From contig CBDAOY010000006.1 of assembly GCA_965198225.1 (NCBI GenBank), forward strand, positions 544,001 through 608,000: a stretch of 64,000 nt of DNA, written 5' to 3'. The stretch comes from Terriglobia bacterium (GTDB lineage: Bacteria; Acidobacteriota; Terriglobia; 20CM-2-55-15). Under the pieces are notes generated by a model. That model was not told the DNA's origin and made no database searches. It saw only the letters and a list, made by a program, of their open reading frames with translations. The position numbers were made by a program, and so were the translations under genes. Positions 28,905 to 39,469 of the stretch are shown here, one piece after another; the stretch's first letter is position 1; each line of letters begins with the position of its first letter.

Positions 28905-29207
28905 GCAGACCTCCCATTGAATGTGGATTCGTTAGGCGGGCCACTATATAGCAAGCATTGCGCAAACGCAAAAAAGGGGGCAGAGCCCCCATTACCCTAA
29001 TTCTTTCGCCACTTATTTCAGTCTGATGAGGGAGGGCACTTCGGGGCCGGCTTCCAGGAACTCTTTCAAGCTACCTTCGGAGGGCCGTCAAGAGCCGTGG
29101 TCATGAGCGCGTAAAGAACAAACCTGGCAATGGCTGGCGCCCCAAGTCGTGAATCGGGCTACGCCTTCCAGGGGTGGGGCATCGGTGCTGCAGCCCTGGA
29201 CGAAAAA

Positions 29208-31448
29208 CTAGAACCGAAACAGGCGATTGAGTTTGACGATGAATGCCCGGTTCTGAAGGTCCGGGAAGCCGCCCGTATCCCGCGTGTCGTTGTAGACGAT
29301 GAAGAGCTCGCTGCCGGGTTGATACTCCCACCGAAACCGTACGTTCGCGGCGACTGAATGGCGGCTGGAGTTGTACTGCACCAGCCCGCTGACGAACATC
29401 TTGGGCGTCAGCGTGTATGTCAATCGCGAACCGACCAGGTTCGTCGTGAACGATCCAACCGGCAGCGTCACCCGGTTCACCGACACGCTCGGCTCGATGG
29501 CCAGCTGCGGGCTGATCTCCACTCGGCCTCGACGGTAGCCGACCGTGGTCTTGTCACCGCCGAAGAACGAGCCGTGTTCGATGGACAGAATCCCGGACGC
29601 TTTACGGTGCTGGCCCATGGTCAAACGGACCCCGAGCGTGCCGAAGCTGTAACCGCCCACGGGAATCGTCACCCCCGGCGTAATCCGGAAGGGCTGCTTG
29701 AGGAACTCGTAGGTGTCGGTGTAGCTCACGTTCAAGGCATCGCTGTTCTCGAACTCGATCCCGAACTCGCCGCGGCTTTCGCGCGTTTCGAGCCGTCCGG
29801 GACCGTCCTCGATGTAGTTGAGCGATCCAATCCAGGAGAACTTGCGTACGCGCGCGATGGAGGCGGGTCGGGGACTGAAACGTAATTGAGCGAAGCTCTT
29901 GCGCACGTCATCGCGGCGGAGGAACCCAATCTCGGGATTGAAGTTGTCGCCGATCCTCAACCGTTCCAGCTCCACACCGTAGCGATCTCCGTCGTAGTTG
30001 AGGTCCAGGCGGTAACTCGTGTCGTCCCCCCGCAAGCCCTCGGTCCGTGTCCGGGCCCAATACGTATTGATGGCGAAATTGTTGAAGAATGCAAACGTAC
30101 CGTCGACTCCGTAAGTGTCGTTCGAACCGACACCGTTCACGGCGACGGACCGCCGCGCGAAGATCCCGCCGATCGAGCTCCGGCGCAGCAGATCGCGTTT
30201 GACGCGGAGGACCGAGAAATTCGTCGACGGGGTGTTGAAGACCGCGTCCTCATCGGTCGTGATGCTGAGCGCGCCTACGCCGAATGCGCCGACACGGCCC
30301 GTGAGCCGGCCCCCCGCCTGGATGTCGATTTCCCGTCCCCGGTCGAGGCCGATCCGGCGACTGAAGAACAGAATGGGCGTGTCGCCGACACCGAGTCTCC
30401 CGGTCACGCCGGCAAATTGAAACAAGCCCTGGTTTTCCAGAAAGAACTCGCGCTTTTCCGGAAAGAAGAGGCTGAAGCGAGTGAGGTTGACCTGCTGTTC
30501 GTCCGCCTCGACCTGCGCGAAGTCGGTGTTGTAGGTGAAGTCGGCGGTGAGGTTTTGCGTCACGCCGTATTTCACGTCGAGCCCCGCGTCGCCTCCAGGG
30601 TCGTTGGAGATGGCGGGAGAAGCGGTGATGTCAGTTTTCAGATCCGAGATCACGTAGGGTTTGATTTCGAGATTGCGAGAACCCGGCGGAGCCTCGATGC
30701 CGACCAGCGTCGCGGCCTGCGACGTCTGGAAAATGCCTCGTATGCCCAGGGCGTTCGGAACGCGGGTCACGTACGAGATCTCGTTCTTCCACCGGTTGAT
30801 GCGGCGGGCGTTGAAACCCCAGACCTGGTCCCGCCCGGGCCGATAGCGCAGCGACTTGAACGGGACCGCGGTCTCGAGCGTCCAGCCGCCGGCGAATCGT
30901 CCGGTCGCATGGTCCCAGATGGGGTTCCAGTCGGGGTTGTACTGACGTTCGTTGGTGACCTGGCCATCCAGGCGTCCGCCAATCGCGTTGATGTGGAACA
31001 GGACACCGTTCCGACGGTCGTAGTACGTGTCGAGAATGAACGCGACGGTTTCGTTCTGGAGGATGTTTGGGGTGCTGTCACGCCGCATTTCGTTGACGAT
31101 CATCCGGTCCGGCTCGCTTTCCCACACCCGGAACGCGACGTACAGGTTTGTCTGATCGAACGAGACCCACACTTCCGTTTTTTGCGTTGCGGGCGCTCCG
31201 TCGTTCGGTTCGACCTGGATGAAGTCCGAGACCGGAGGCGTGGAGGAATACAGTGACTCGTCAAGTTGCCCGTCGATGCGTAGCGGGGTGGCGACCCGGG
31301 TCGCACGAATCGTAGCCCTGCCTTCCGTATCCCGTGCGATCGTGGCCGGGGGGTCCGGTGGAGGTGGACCGTCGACTTGCTGCGCGTGTGCGCCTGCGGA
31401 AAACAGGAGGCCAATCAGTAGCCCGACACCAGTTGTTGTTCGATCCAA
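29208..31448 (-). CDS. DUF5916 / CBM9-like outer-membrane protein
   Basis: Signal peptide; IDGQLDE, TYNTDFAQVEAD, FFPEKREFFLE, LFFSRRIG; C-terminal Phe. Confidence 0.88.
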   Translation of the reverse strand: MDRTTTGVGLLIGLLFSAGAHAQQVDGPPPPDPPATIARDTEGRATIRATRVATPLRIDGQLDESLYSSTPPVSDFIQVEPNDGAPATQKTEVWVSFDQTNLYVAFRVWESEPDRMIVNEMRRDSTPNILQNETVAFILDTYYDRRNGVLFHINAIGGRLDGQVTNERQYNPDWNPIWDHATGRFAGGWTLETAVPFKSLRYRPGRDQVWGFNARRINRWKNEISYVTRVPNALGIRGIFQTSQAATLVGIEAPPGSRNLEIKPYVISDLKTDITASPAISNDPGGDAGLDVKYGVTQNLTADFTYNTDFAQVEADEQQVNLTRFSLFFPEKREFFLENQGLFQFAGVTGRLGVGDTPILFFSRRIGLDRGREIDIQAGGRLTGRVGAFGVGALSITTDEDAVFNTPSTNFSVLRVKRDLLRRSSIGGIFARRSVAVNGVGSNDTYGVDGTFAFFNNFAINTYWARTRTEGLRGDDTSYRLDLNYDGDRYGVELERLRIGDNFNPEIGFLRRDDVRKSFAQLRFSPRPASIARVRKFSWIGSLNYIEDGPGRLETRESRGEFGIEFENSDALNVSYTDTYEFLKQPFRITPGVTIPVGGYSFGTLGVRLTMGQHRKASGILSIEHGSFFGGDKTTVGYRRGRVEISPQLAIEPSVSVNRVTLPVGSFTTNLVGSRLTYTLTPKMFVSGLVQYNSSRHSVAANVRFRWEYQPGSELFIVYNDTRDTGGFPDLQNRAFIVKLNRLFRF

Positions 31449-31670
31449 ACCTATAACCTGCCCGACTTCAACGCCTTAGAGACGAAAGGAAAGTATCGCA
31501 CAGTCTACCAGACCAACGGGGAAGGAGCGCCGGTCAATCAAGCTTTCCCGAGAATTAAGATGCGGGGACGGGGTCTTTGACGGGCCGGAGGTGGCCCCAC
31601 CGGGATGATATTCCCTCTCGTCCGGGATCGAAATGCCGGTACCATACGGCGAAGCGAATGGAGGTGTTCC

Positions 31671-32822
31671 ATGTCCCGGCCAACAACAACGTTCCCAAAC
31701 CGCCGCACAACCACCGCCGCCTGGCTCGGGGTGGTCTATCTCGCCGTGTCCTTCGTCGGCGCCGGTTCTGCCGCCGCGCAGACGTATCCTGGCGAGTCGT
31801 GGTCCAAGGCGGCATCGCCGGAGGCCGTCGGCTGGTCCTCGGACAAACTGAAAGCGGCGCGGGCGTACACCGACACCATCTCGACCGCGGCCGTTATGAT
31901 CGTCCATCGCGGCACCGTCGTCGACGAGTGGGGCGAAACGACCCGCAGGTTCAACGTTCATTCCGTCCGAAAGAGCCTGGTCAGTGCGATGTACGGAGTC
32001 TACGTGGACGATGGAACCATCGATCTGGAAAGCACGCTCGAGGAGCTCGGCATCGATGACCGCCTCGGACTAACGAAAGCGGAGCGCCAGGCGCGCGTGG
32101 TGGATCTGCTGGGTTCGCGCTCGGGTGTGTATCACCCGGCTAACCTCGTCAGCCTGGCAAATTCCAGGAGTTGGCCGAAGCGAGGGAGCCACGCTCCAGG
32201 CACGCACTGGTTTTACAACAACTGGGACTTCAATGTAGTCGGGACGATCTTCGAGCAGCAAACCGCAATCGGCATCTTCGAGGCATTCGACCGGCTCATC
32301 GCGAAGCCTATCGGCATGCAAGACTACGAGACATCCGACGGCATGTATGAGCCGCGCAGTGGCTTCGACGGAGCGCAAGGCAGAAGCGTTTCGGACCATC
32401 CCGCCTATGCCTTTCGCATGACCGCCCGGGATATGGCGAGGTTCGGGTATCTTCTGCTGCGCAATGGTCGGTGGAACGGCAGGCAGATTCTTCCCCGGGA
32501 TTGGATCGAAAAGACCACGAAAACCGACCGGGCGATCGGTGAGTACGGTGGCTACGAGTTCTTATGGTGGATCTCTATCGACGGTCGCCTTTATCCCAAT
32601 GTGAATGTGGGAAACGGTGCCTACGCGGCGCACGGAGCCGGCGGACATCGAATCACGGTCATGCCCGAGCACGATCTTGTCGTGGTACACCGAGTCAATA
32701 CGAACGGGCGCACTGCGCCGGTCGGCGGAACGGAGCCGGGCGAATCGGTGTCCGGGGCAGAGTATGGAGAGCTGCTGAGGCTCATTCTGGCCGGGAAGCC
32801 CGCGAGCGAAACGAAGCCCTGA
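31671..32822 (+). CDS. Exported serine hydrolase (class C beta-lactamase-like)
   Basis: GGAGGT RBS; SVRK (SxxK), YNN, TARDMARFG, HGAGG. Confidence 0.88.
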   Translation: MSRPTTTFPNRRTTTAAWLGVVYLAVSFVGAGSAAAQTYPGESWSKAASPEAVGWSSDKLKAARAYTDTISTAAVMIVHRGTVVDEWGETTRRFNVHSVRKSLVSAMYGVYVDDGTIDLESTLEELGIDDRLGLTKAERQARVVDLLGSRSGVYHPANLVSLANSRSWPKRGSHAPGTHWFYNNWDFNVVGTIFEQQTAIGIFEAFDRLIAKPIGMQDYETSDGMYEPRSGFDGAQGRSVSDHPAYAFRMTARDMARFGYLLLRNGRWNGRQILPRDWIEKTTKTDRAIGEYGGYEFLWWISIDGRLYPNVNVGNGAYAAHGAGGHRITVMPEHDLVVVHRVNTNGRTAPVGGTEPGESVSGAEYGELLRLILAGKPASETKP

Positions 32823-32898
32823 TGTCGGGTTGATGCGGCCTTCCCCGGAACTTACGCCATAGATCACATAGGGTCGCTGTGATCGTGGGCGATCCGAG

Positions 32899-33371
32899 TC
32901 AAGAAAAGGTGTTTCTGACTCGCACCGATTCTTTGAAGTACTTTGTCCAGACGATCGCCCATCCCAGCGACACGGACACTATTGCCGAGAGCGTCACTAC
33001 TACGACAAGCAGTTCCTCACGACTCATCTCCTCACCACTCACCGGCATCAAAACGACACTGATTGAACGTAGAGTCATCAAGACAGCGACGATCCACAAC
33101 AGCGCGATATTCCACCGCGGTGCTTTAGGGGATTTCAATAGAACGAGCAAAAGTGGAACTGCGAGCAAGAGGAAGATCACGACCATGAGAACAAAGGGAT
33201 AGTCGAAAAACCACCCTGAGAGGCCCATTGAATAGACCATCAGGAGAGGGATCGAACAGATGAGGTAACCGATAGCCAACCTCTTATGCCTTCCACGCTG
33301 TCTTGTTCCATCAGAACTCTTTTGTAAACCGATAGCCAACCTCTTATGCCTTCCACGCTGTCTTGTTCCAT
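32899..33371 (-). pseudogene. DUF2569-like membrane protein, frameshifted with duplicated 5' end
   Basis: MEQDSVEGIRGWL (ATG 33311 and 33371) is out of frame with IGYLICSIP...WTKYFKESVRVRNTFS*. Confidence 0.6.
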
Positions 33372-33385
33372 CAGAACTCTTTTGT
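33267..33385. repeat. Tandem duplication with 60-bp period
   Basis: aaccgatagccaacctcttatgccttccacgctgtcttgttccatcagaactcttttgt at 33267-33325 and 33327-33385. Confidence 0.95.
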
Positions 33386-33444
33386 TAGTTACAGGCCACT
33401 GGAAGCTCACTGGGTTCGTATTTCATGTCCACCGGGGGGCACCT

Positions 33445-35115
33445 CTACCGGGCGATCAGCATCGTCAGCCGATGCGGCTCGGTGGTGGACGGGTGATGCA
33501 GGAGGACGTCTAGCTTGCCGTCCTTGTTGAGGTCCGCCAGCCAGGTGTATTCCTCGTCGTTGGGCACGGCGACCGCCACCTCTTGAGGCCGCCGGGCGAA
33601 AAGGTCCGACCCCGGTACGCCGTCATAGACTTGCAGTGCCCTGTAGGTCCGCTCGATCAGCAGGTCTGAGCGGCCGTCGCCTGTTACATCACCGATGAGA
33701 AAAGTCGTGTTGAACGCGCGCAGGTAACTCTTTTGAGTCTTTCGTCTTTCGTGCGTCCCGCCTCGAAGCACGATGTCCAGTGGCACCCACCCCGGCTCGC
33801 GAATGCTGGGGTGGCCGTCTAACTGTCTTCTGAGAGTGACGCTGGGTTTGTCGGGGTAGAGGCCCCCTGCCATGCGGTAGAACTCGAGTTCCAGCCAGAC
33901 GTCATCGCCCATGAACCCTTTGATTCGCTTCCAGAGGCTGCTCTCGAGGTACTCGACGTCGATTGTTGTGAACATCAAGTCGACCTGACCGTCGCGATCG
34001 AAGTCGTGCCGGTCCATCCCAAGCTGAATTCTGCCGTCCGACTGGAACGCAATGTCGACGCCCCGTGTGAACGCGGTGCCGCCCTCGGGTGTAGGCGCGC
34101 CGAAGTGCACCTCGTAGGTCGAACGCTTGTTCGAGATGCTCGTGCCCTCCAGCGAGAAAACGACCAGGTCGGCGACACCGTCGCCGCTGAGGTCAGTCAA
34201 CGAGTGCAACACCCTCCCCGTCATGTCTCCGGTGGCGAGCGAGGAGAGATCGTCGGAGTCAAATGCCACTTCTGTCGTGAAGGTCTCGGCCACCGGGGCA
34301 AACAGCCCGACATCGTCCTGCAGATGAACCTCGAAGTGGCCCTCGTCCCAGGACACCAGGTCGCGGCGACCATCCCTGTTGTAGTCCACCTCGTGGACCC
34401 GGCTCTGACCCCAGGGGTCATATCGATATCCGTCTGCTCCGAGGATCCTGCTCATCTCGGTGGAGGGGCCGAGCTTCACTGGATCGGCGAACCGGCCGTC
34501 GCTCATCTGGATGAACACCCAGAAGCCGTCGACGTCCGGCACGACCAGGTCGTCGCGGTCGTCGTCGTTCACGTCCCGAGTGACGTCGACATGGGGGATT
34601 TCGACTCCGAGAGGCGGGTTGAAGTTGGAAGTCACCGCCACCAGCGCCCGTTGGATCGCCGACGCGGGATCGAACCAGGACAGGCGGCCGCGCTCGTAGG
34701 TGACCAACCGGTCGCGTCCGCCGATGTTGGCCACGTCGACGAACCGCACTTCGGGACCGAGCGCTGCCTCGAGTCTCGACACCCAGATGCCGCCCTCGAA
34801 CGCGTAGATGCGCAAGCGGCCCTCGTCGTTCTCGTCGAAGTTCAACACGGCAAGCTCGGCGACCGCGCCACCGAGTAGGAATCCCGTCAAAACGGTCTGG
34901 CGTTCCGCGGAGCCCGTGACGACCTCGTACTGCTCGAAGGTGAATCCCCCGGCGTCCTGCGGGTTCGTGCGCGCTGTCAGGCATCCCGACAGGAACACTC
35001 CAAGCGCCAGTATGGAGACCAGGCTCCGTCGATATGTAAAGATACCCCGCTTGATTCTGATGGCACGATCCCGGGAAATCCGTCGATCCGTCATGTCCAT
35101 GGCTTCACCCTGCAT
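33445..35115 (-). CDS. FG-GAP/VCBS-repeat lipoprotein
   Basis: Lipobox LSGC; repeated DxNxDGxxDL motifs (DVNDDDRDDL, DYNRDGRRDL, DLSGDGVADL, DVTGDGRSDL, DLNKDGKLDV). Confidence 0.85.
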   Translation of the reverse strand: MQGEAMDMTDRRISRDRAIRIKRGIFTYRRSLVSILALGVFLSGCLTARTNPQDAGGFTFEQYEVVTGSAERQTVLTGFLLGGAVAELAVLNFDENDEGRLRIYAFEGGIWVSRLEAALGPEVRFVDVANIGGRDRLVTYERGRLSWFDPASAIQRALVAVTSNFNPPLGVEIPHVDVTRDVNDDDRDDLVVPDVDGFWVFIQMSDGRFADPVKLGPSTEMSRILGADGYRYDPWGQSRVHEVDYNRDGRRDLVSWDEGHFEVHLQDDVGLFAPVAETFTTEVAFDSDDLSSLATGDMTGRVLHSLTDLSGDGVADLVVFSLEGTSISNKRSTYEVHFGAPTPEGGTAFTRGVDIAFQSDGRIQLGMDRHDFDRDGQVDLMFTTIDVEYLESSLWKRIKGFMGDDVWLELEFYRMAGGLYPDKPSVTLRRQLDGHPSIREPGWVPLDIVLRGGTHERRKTQKSYLRAFNTTFLIGDVTGDGRSDLLIERTYRALQVYDGVPGSDLFARRPQEVAVAVPNDEEYTWLADLNKDGKLDVLLHHPSTTEPHRLTMLIAR

Positions 35116-35378
35116 TCTAGACTTCGTCCCCGGGACCAGAGCCTCTACTGTCGCAGTTTTTCGACTGTCACAATCAGTTTCTAGGCGAGAGCCGGAAAAT
35201 GACGCGCTAACGGAACTGGCCGACGCCGGGGGAGATCGCCTGTGGGCACATGGCTGAAGAACACGAATGCCGTGTCAGTTCAACGCATACGACTACTCGT
35301 CCAAGTGATTCTTCCCGATCGCCGGCTCGATCGATTTGATGGACATGGATATTCGGATCGATCAGCATCTGAAAGGCC

Positions 35379-36389
35379 ATGAAGGCGATTGTCCAGGAAA
35401 AGTACGGATCTCCTGATGTTCTGGAACTCCGAGAAGTCGATAAGCCGGCGCTCGGTGATGATCAAGTCCTGGTGCGGGTCCGCGCGGCGTCCCTCCATCC
35501 GGATGTGTGGCATTTCGTGACCGGACGGCCCTATCTGCTTCGCCTCATGGGATTAGGTTTCTCCACACCCAGGAATCCGATACCCGGAACGGACATGGCG
35601 GGGGTCGTCGAGTCCGTCGGCGAGAGCGTGACACGGTTTCGCCGGGGTGATGTGGTATTCGGCGAAACAGCCGTCGGCCATGGATTGACCACCGGGGGTG
35701 CCTATGCCGAATACGTGTCCGTTCGACACGATCAGCTGGCGCTGAAGCCTGAGAACATCACGTTCGAACAAGCCGCCTCGGTACCCACCTCCGGGTTCAT
35801 CGCCCTGCAGAATCTCCGCGGGGAGAGCCATGCACTCCCCGGGAGGAAGGTGTTGGTCAACGGTGCCGGGGGCGGCGTGGGTGTCCTCGCCCTGCAGCTC
35901 GCGAAGGCCTACGGCGCCGACGTAACCGCTGTGGACAGCTCGAACAAGCTCAGCATGCTCGAGTCACTCGGAGCAGATGAGGTCCTCGATTACAAATACG
36001 AGGACTTCACCCAACGCGGCGCTCGCTACGATCTCATCTTCGATGTTCCGGGAAACCACCCGTTCCGTGCCTGCAAGCGCGCTCTCAAACCGGATGGACG
36101 ATACGTGCTGATCGGGCATGAGGGGTTCGGAGCGGCCGGCACGCGTGCGTTCGGAATCTTCCCTCAGTTTTTTAGACTGGTGTTGCTCTCCCGCTTCGTG
36201 AAGCAGCTCCGAGGCCCGGGCATTCCGCTGCCCACGAGGGAAGACGCGATGGCCGTCCTCACGGAATTCCTCGAAGCCGGGAAGATCACGCCCGTCATCG
36301 ACAGTACCTATCCGTTGAGCGAGGTCGGCGCGGCCCTCCTGCACATGATCGAGGACGAACTCCAGGGCAAAGTTATCATCACCCCGTGA
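35379..36389 (+). CDS. NAD(P)-dependent alcohol dehydrogenase (MDR family)
   Basis: MKAIVQEKYGSPDVL, GAYAEYV, VNGAGGGVG; paralog of 7920-8906. Confidence 0.9.
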   Translation: MKAIVQEKYGSPDVLELREVDKPALGDDQVLVRVRAASLHPDVWHFVTGRPYLLRLMGLGFSTPRNPIPGTDMAGVVESVGESVTRFRRGDVVFGETAVGHGLTTGGAYAEYVSVRHDQLALKPENITFEQAASVPTSGFIALQNLRGESHALPGRKVLVNGAGGGVGVLALQLAKAYGADVTAVDSSNKLSMLESLGADEVLDYKYEDFTQRGARYDLIFDVPGNHPFRACKRALKPDGRYVLIGHEGFGAAGTRAFGIFPQFFRLVLLSRFVKQLRGPGIPLPTREDAMAVLTEFLEAGKITPVIDSTYPLSEVGAALLHMIEDELQGKVIITP

Positions 36390-36431
36390 AGGGTACTTGT
36401 CTGTTTATGAGATTAAAGGAGGTAATGACAC

Positions 36432-37310
36432 ATGATATGCGTCACAGGGGCCAGTGGGACCGTAAGCAGCGAAGTGATCCGGCAGCTTGCATCGTTAGAG
36501 GCACCCTTTCGCGGTGCCTACTTCTCGAACAAGAAGGCGGAAGCCGCCCGCGCGAGAGGGATCGAGGCCGTCACCATCGACTACGACCAGCCTGAGACCC
36601 TTCGGGCGGCGTTTCAGGGATGTCAAAGACTGTTCCTTCTCGGGCCAAACGCGCTGAACCAATCGGAGCTCGAGCGAAACGCCGTCGATGCGGCGAAGGC
36701 GGCGGGCGTGCAGCACATCGTGAAGCAGTCCGTAATGGGAGCCAGCGACGAGTCATGGAGCCTGGCGAAGATCCATCGAGCCGTCGAGAAAGCGATTGAA
36801 TCGAGTGGGCTGGCATGGACGTTTCTTCGCCCGAATAGCTTCATGCAGAATACCGTGACCTTCATGGGCCAGACGATACGGGCTGAGGCAGCGTTTTACA
36901 GCGCGAGCGGCCAGGCAAGAATCAGCCACGTGGATGTGCGTGACATTGCCGCGGTCGCAGCAAAGGTGCTTACAGGACCCAGCCATGAGGGAAAAGCTTA
37001 CACGTTGACCGGCCCGGAGGCCCTGACCTATGACGAGCTGGCGAGCGAGCTGTCGGAGGCGGTTGGGCGCCCGATCACACACATCAACCTCCCACCGTCC
37101 GATTTGAAGAACGGCATGTTGGCGGAGGGGATGCCGGAGGAGATCTGCAATCGAATGCTGGACCTGGAGCGATACTTTCGCGAGGGCCAGGCGAGTCGCA
37201 TCTCTGATGACATCAAGCAGGTGATCGGACGGGAACCGGGACGACTTGCGGAGTATGTTCGCGAGACCGCCGCCACGGGGGTCTGGGATGCCGCCGAGGC
37301 CACGACATGA
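36432..37310 (+). CDS. NmrA-like atypical SDR oxidoreductase
   Basis: AAGGAGG RBS; VTGASGTVS, LRPNSFMQN, VDVRDIA, TGPEAL. Confidence 0.88.
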   Translation: MICVTGASGTVSSEVIRQLASLEAPFRGAYFSNKKAEAARARGIEAVTIDYDQPETLRAAFQGCQRLFLLGPNALNQSELERNAVDAAKAAGVQHIVKQSVMGASDESWSLAKIHRAVEKAIESSGLAWTFLRPNSFMQNTVTFMGQTIRAEAAFYSASGQARISHVDVRDIAAVAAKVLTGPSHEGKAYTLTGPEALTYDELASELSEAVGRPITHINLPPSDLKNGMLAEGMPEEICNRMLDLERYFREGQASRISDDIKQVIGREPGRLAEYVRETAATGVWDAAEATT

Positions 37311-37786
37311 GCGACGGATTGCTTCACGCCCTGACTCTCATCTCGGCGCTCGGATGCGGGCTGGTGGGAGGTATTTTCTTCGCCTTTTCCACCTTCATAA
37401 TGAAGGCGCTCAACCGTCTCCCTCCGGCGCAGGGGATCGCCGCCATGCAATCCATCAACATTATGGTGATCAATCCGCTGTTCATGACGGCGTTTTTCGG
37501 GCCGGCTGCGGCGTGTGCCATCCTGGCGGGATCCACGTTGCTGGGTTGGCAACCCGGTGGCGCTTTCCTGGTCGCGGGCAGCCTGCTCTATCTCGTCGGC
37601 ACGATTCTGGTTACGGGAGTATTCAACGTTCCGCGGAATGACGCCCTGGCGGCCGTCGACCCGGCGAGCGACGAGGGGGCGCGCGTGTGGGCGGGGTACG
37701 TTACTGGTTGGACGGCCTGGAACCACGTGCGGACAGCCGCAGCCCTTGCGGCTGCGGCATTGCTCACCGTTGCACTCCTCCATTGA
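37307..37786 (+). CDS. DUF1772 / anthrone oxygenase family membrane protein
   Basis: GIFFAFSTFIMKAL, AMQSIN, NVPRNDAL, WTAWNHVRT. Confidence 0.88.
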   Translation: MSDGLLHALTLISALGCGLVGGIFFAFSTFIMKALNRLPPAQGIAAMQSINIMVINPLFMTAFFGPAAACAILAGSTLLGWQPGGAFLVAGSLLYLVGTILVTGVFNVPRNDALAAVDPASDEGARVWAGYVTGWTAWNHVRTAAALAAAALLTVALLH

Positions 37787-37796
37787 TGAGCGTGCC

Positions 37797-38333
37797 TTAC
37801 CGAGCCGGAGGCGGGCTGGAGGTATCGGTGCCATGGATGGGTGCGAAGACGCCCGCGAGATAGAGAAGCAGACCTGCCGCGAGGACGATGACGGAAGGGC
37901 CCCCGTCCAGCATTTGGAGCACGCTGTTCGTCCCCCAGCCGATCCGTGACGAAGTGAGATCGAGGGTCGATTCGCCAGAGAGCAACGCGTATGCCTGAGC
38001 CCCGAGGCCGACCACAACGCCCACAAGCGCTGCCGCCCACGAGAGTCGATCGCTCCGGGCAATAGCGACGGGTACCCGCGACTGAAGGCGGGAGGCGGGC
38101 GCACTCTCCTCGTCGATGCGTGCCGTGCGTGCGATGATGGCCGCGGCCAGACCGGCGGGTGGCGCAGGCTCCGGTTGGCGGCTCAGTTCGGAATCGAGCC
38201 ATTTCGCGTCCGCCAGAGCATGCCGACACTCTATGCAGTCTCGAGCGTGGCGCTCGGCGGCCGCTATTTCGTGCCGCGGGTACTCCGGGAGCGGCAGCGC
38301 TTCGATGAGCGTGAGGACGTGCTTACAGGTCAT
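37797..38333 (-). CDS. Zinc-finger (zf-HC2) membrane anti-sigma factor
   Basis: HARDCIEC (HxxxCxxC), two TM helices, immediately downstream of an ECF sigma. Confidence 0.8.
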   Translation of the reverse strand: MTCKHVLTLIEALPLPEYPRHEIAAAERHARDCIECRHALADAKWLDSELSRQPEPAPPAGLAAAIIARTARIDEESAPASRLQSRVPVAIARSDRLSWAAALVGVVVGLGAQAYALLSGESTLDLTSSRIGWGTNSVLQMLDGGPSVIVLAAGLLLYLAGVFAPIHGTDTSSPPPAR

Positions 38334-38334
38334 A

Positions 38335-38973
38335 TCAGCTCCTCGGGGGCTGGTCGGAGGTTTGCTTCACGGTGTGGCGCAACCGGCGGCGTGCGCGAAA
38401 CAGGAGTGTCTTCACTGTGCCGCTTGTGACCCCGAGTGCGCGGGCGATGTCGCTCACTTTCATTTCCTGACGGTAGTAGAGGAAGGCGGCGGTGCGTTCC
38501 CCCGACGGGAGCGCCGCAACCGCTCGCCACAAGTGCCGGCCACGCTCGTCGGTGATGAGCTGACCGAGTGGATCGGGGGCCGTCGCGGCAGGGTCGCGCC
38601 CGGGTTCAAGCGCAGTGCCTTCCCTCGTGGTCACCCGAACGTTGCGCCGCAGCCAGGTCTGCGCCAGCCGCACCGCGATTGTCGCGAGCCACGGATAGAA
38701 CGGACGATGCTCGTCGAAGAGATCGAGGTGCGTAAAGGCCCGGACGAAGGCGTCCTGAGTCACCTCCTCGGCTCCCGACGGATCACGAACCATCATCAGG
38801 GTGAGACCGAAAAGCCGCCTCTGATAGAGCTTCACCAGCCTGCCGAACGCCTCGTGGTCGCCGCCCCGAACCGCCCGGACCGCGGAGCGCACGGCGCTCG
38901 CCTCCGGCGCGATGACCGGAACAGGCTGGGCTCCCCCTGCGTCGTTTCTGCCGCCGGACGCGGGTGGGCTCAC
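38335..38973 (-). CDS. ECF RNA polymerase sigma-70 factor
   Basis: GDHEAFGRLV, AEEVTQDAF, WLATIA, GTVKTLLFRAR. Confidence 0.92.
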   Translation of the reverse strand: MSPPASGGRNDAGGAQPVPVIAPEASAVRSAVRAVRGGDHEAFGRLVKLYQRRLFGLTLMMVRDPSGAEEVTQDAFVRAFTHLDLFDEHRPFYPWLATIAVRLAQTWLRRNVRVTTREGTALEPGRDPAATAPDPLGQLITDERGRHLWRAVAALPSGERTAAFLYYRQEMKVSDIARALGVTSGTVKTLLFRARRRLRHTVKQTSDQPPRS

Positions 38974-39305
38974 GCGTTCGGCTGATCGGCATCATCGACA
39001 AGCCCGAGTCCCATTGAAACGTAGACCAGCTTTCGAGCGCCGTAGAAGAACGGGAAGAGCCCGATCAGGAGGAGCGGCGGAAAGAGAAGACCGAGGAAAC
39101 AGACGACCAGTCCCTGGAGTGTGAGATCCACGGCGTCCCGCTTCTCTTCGTCCGAACGGGGCACGGCGCGCATGTAGGCGCCAAACGACGAGTATCCTGC
39201 CCTGAGAGCTTTGCGCCGCAAGGATCTCCAGAGCGTCACGGTGACGCCGACGACGATGGCCGTCACAACCACGAAGCCCACCAGTGCGATGATGAAAACG
39301 CTCAA
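38970..39305 (-). CDS. Small membrane protein, first gene of the ECF operon
   Basis: AAGGAGG then TTG at 39305; hydrophobic segments; overlaps the sigma start. Confidence 0.6.
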   Translation of the reverse strand: MSVFIIALVGFVVVTAIVVGVTVTLWRSLRRKALRAGYSSFGAYMRAVPRSDEEKRDAVDLTLQGLVVCFLGLLFPPLLLIGLFPFFYGARKLVYVSMGLGLVDDADQPNA

Positions 39306-39469
39306 GAAATAGACCTCCTTACGATGTCGGTTAATGAGCCGCTCCGGCCCCCACGGCCGGTGGTCTCTACCGGTTATACGACACGAGCTTGGTCCCGGTT
39401 GACAAGAATCGCATCGAGGTTTCCGCGCTGGCGACATGCCGAACATGTGGATTCGCACGGCCCGTCGGT

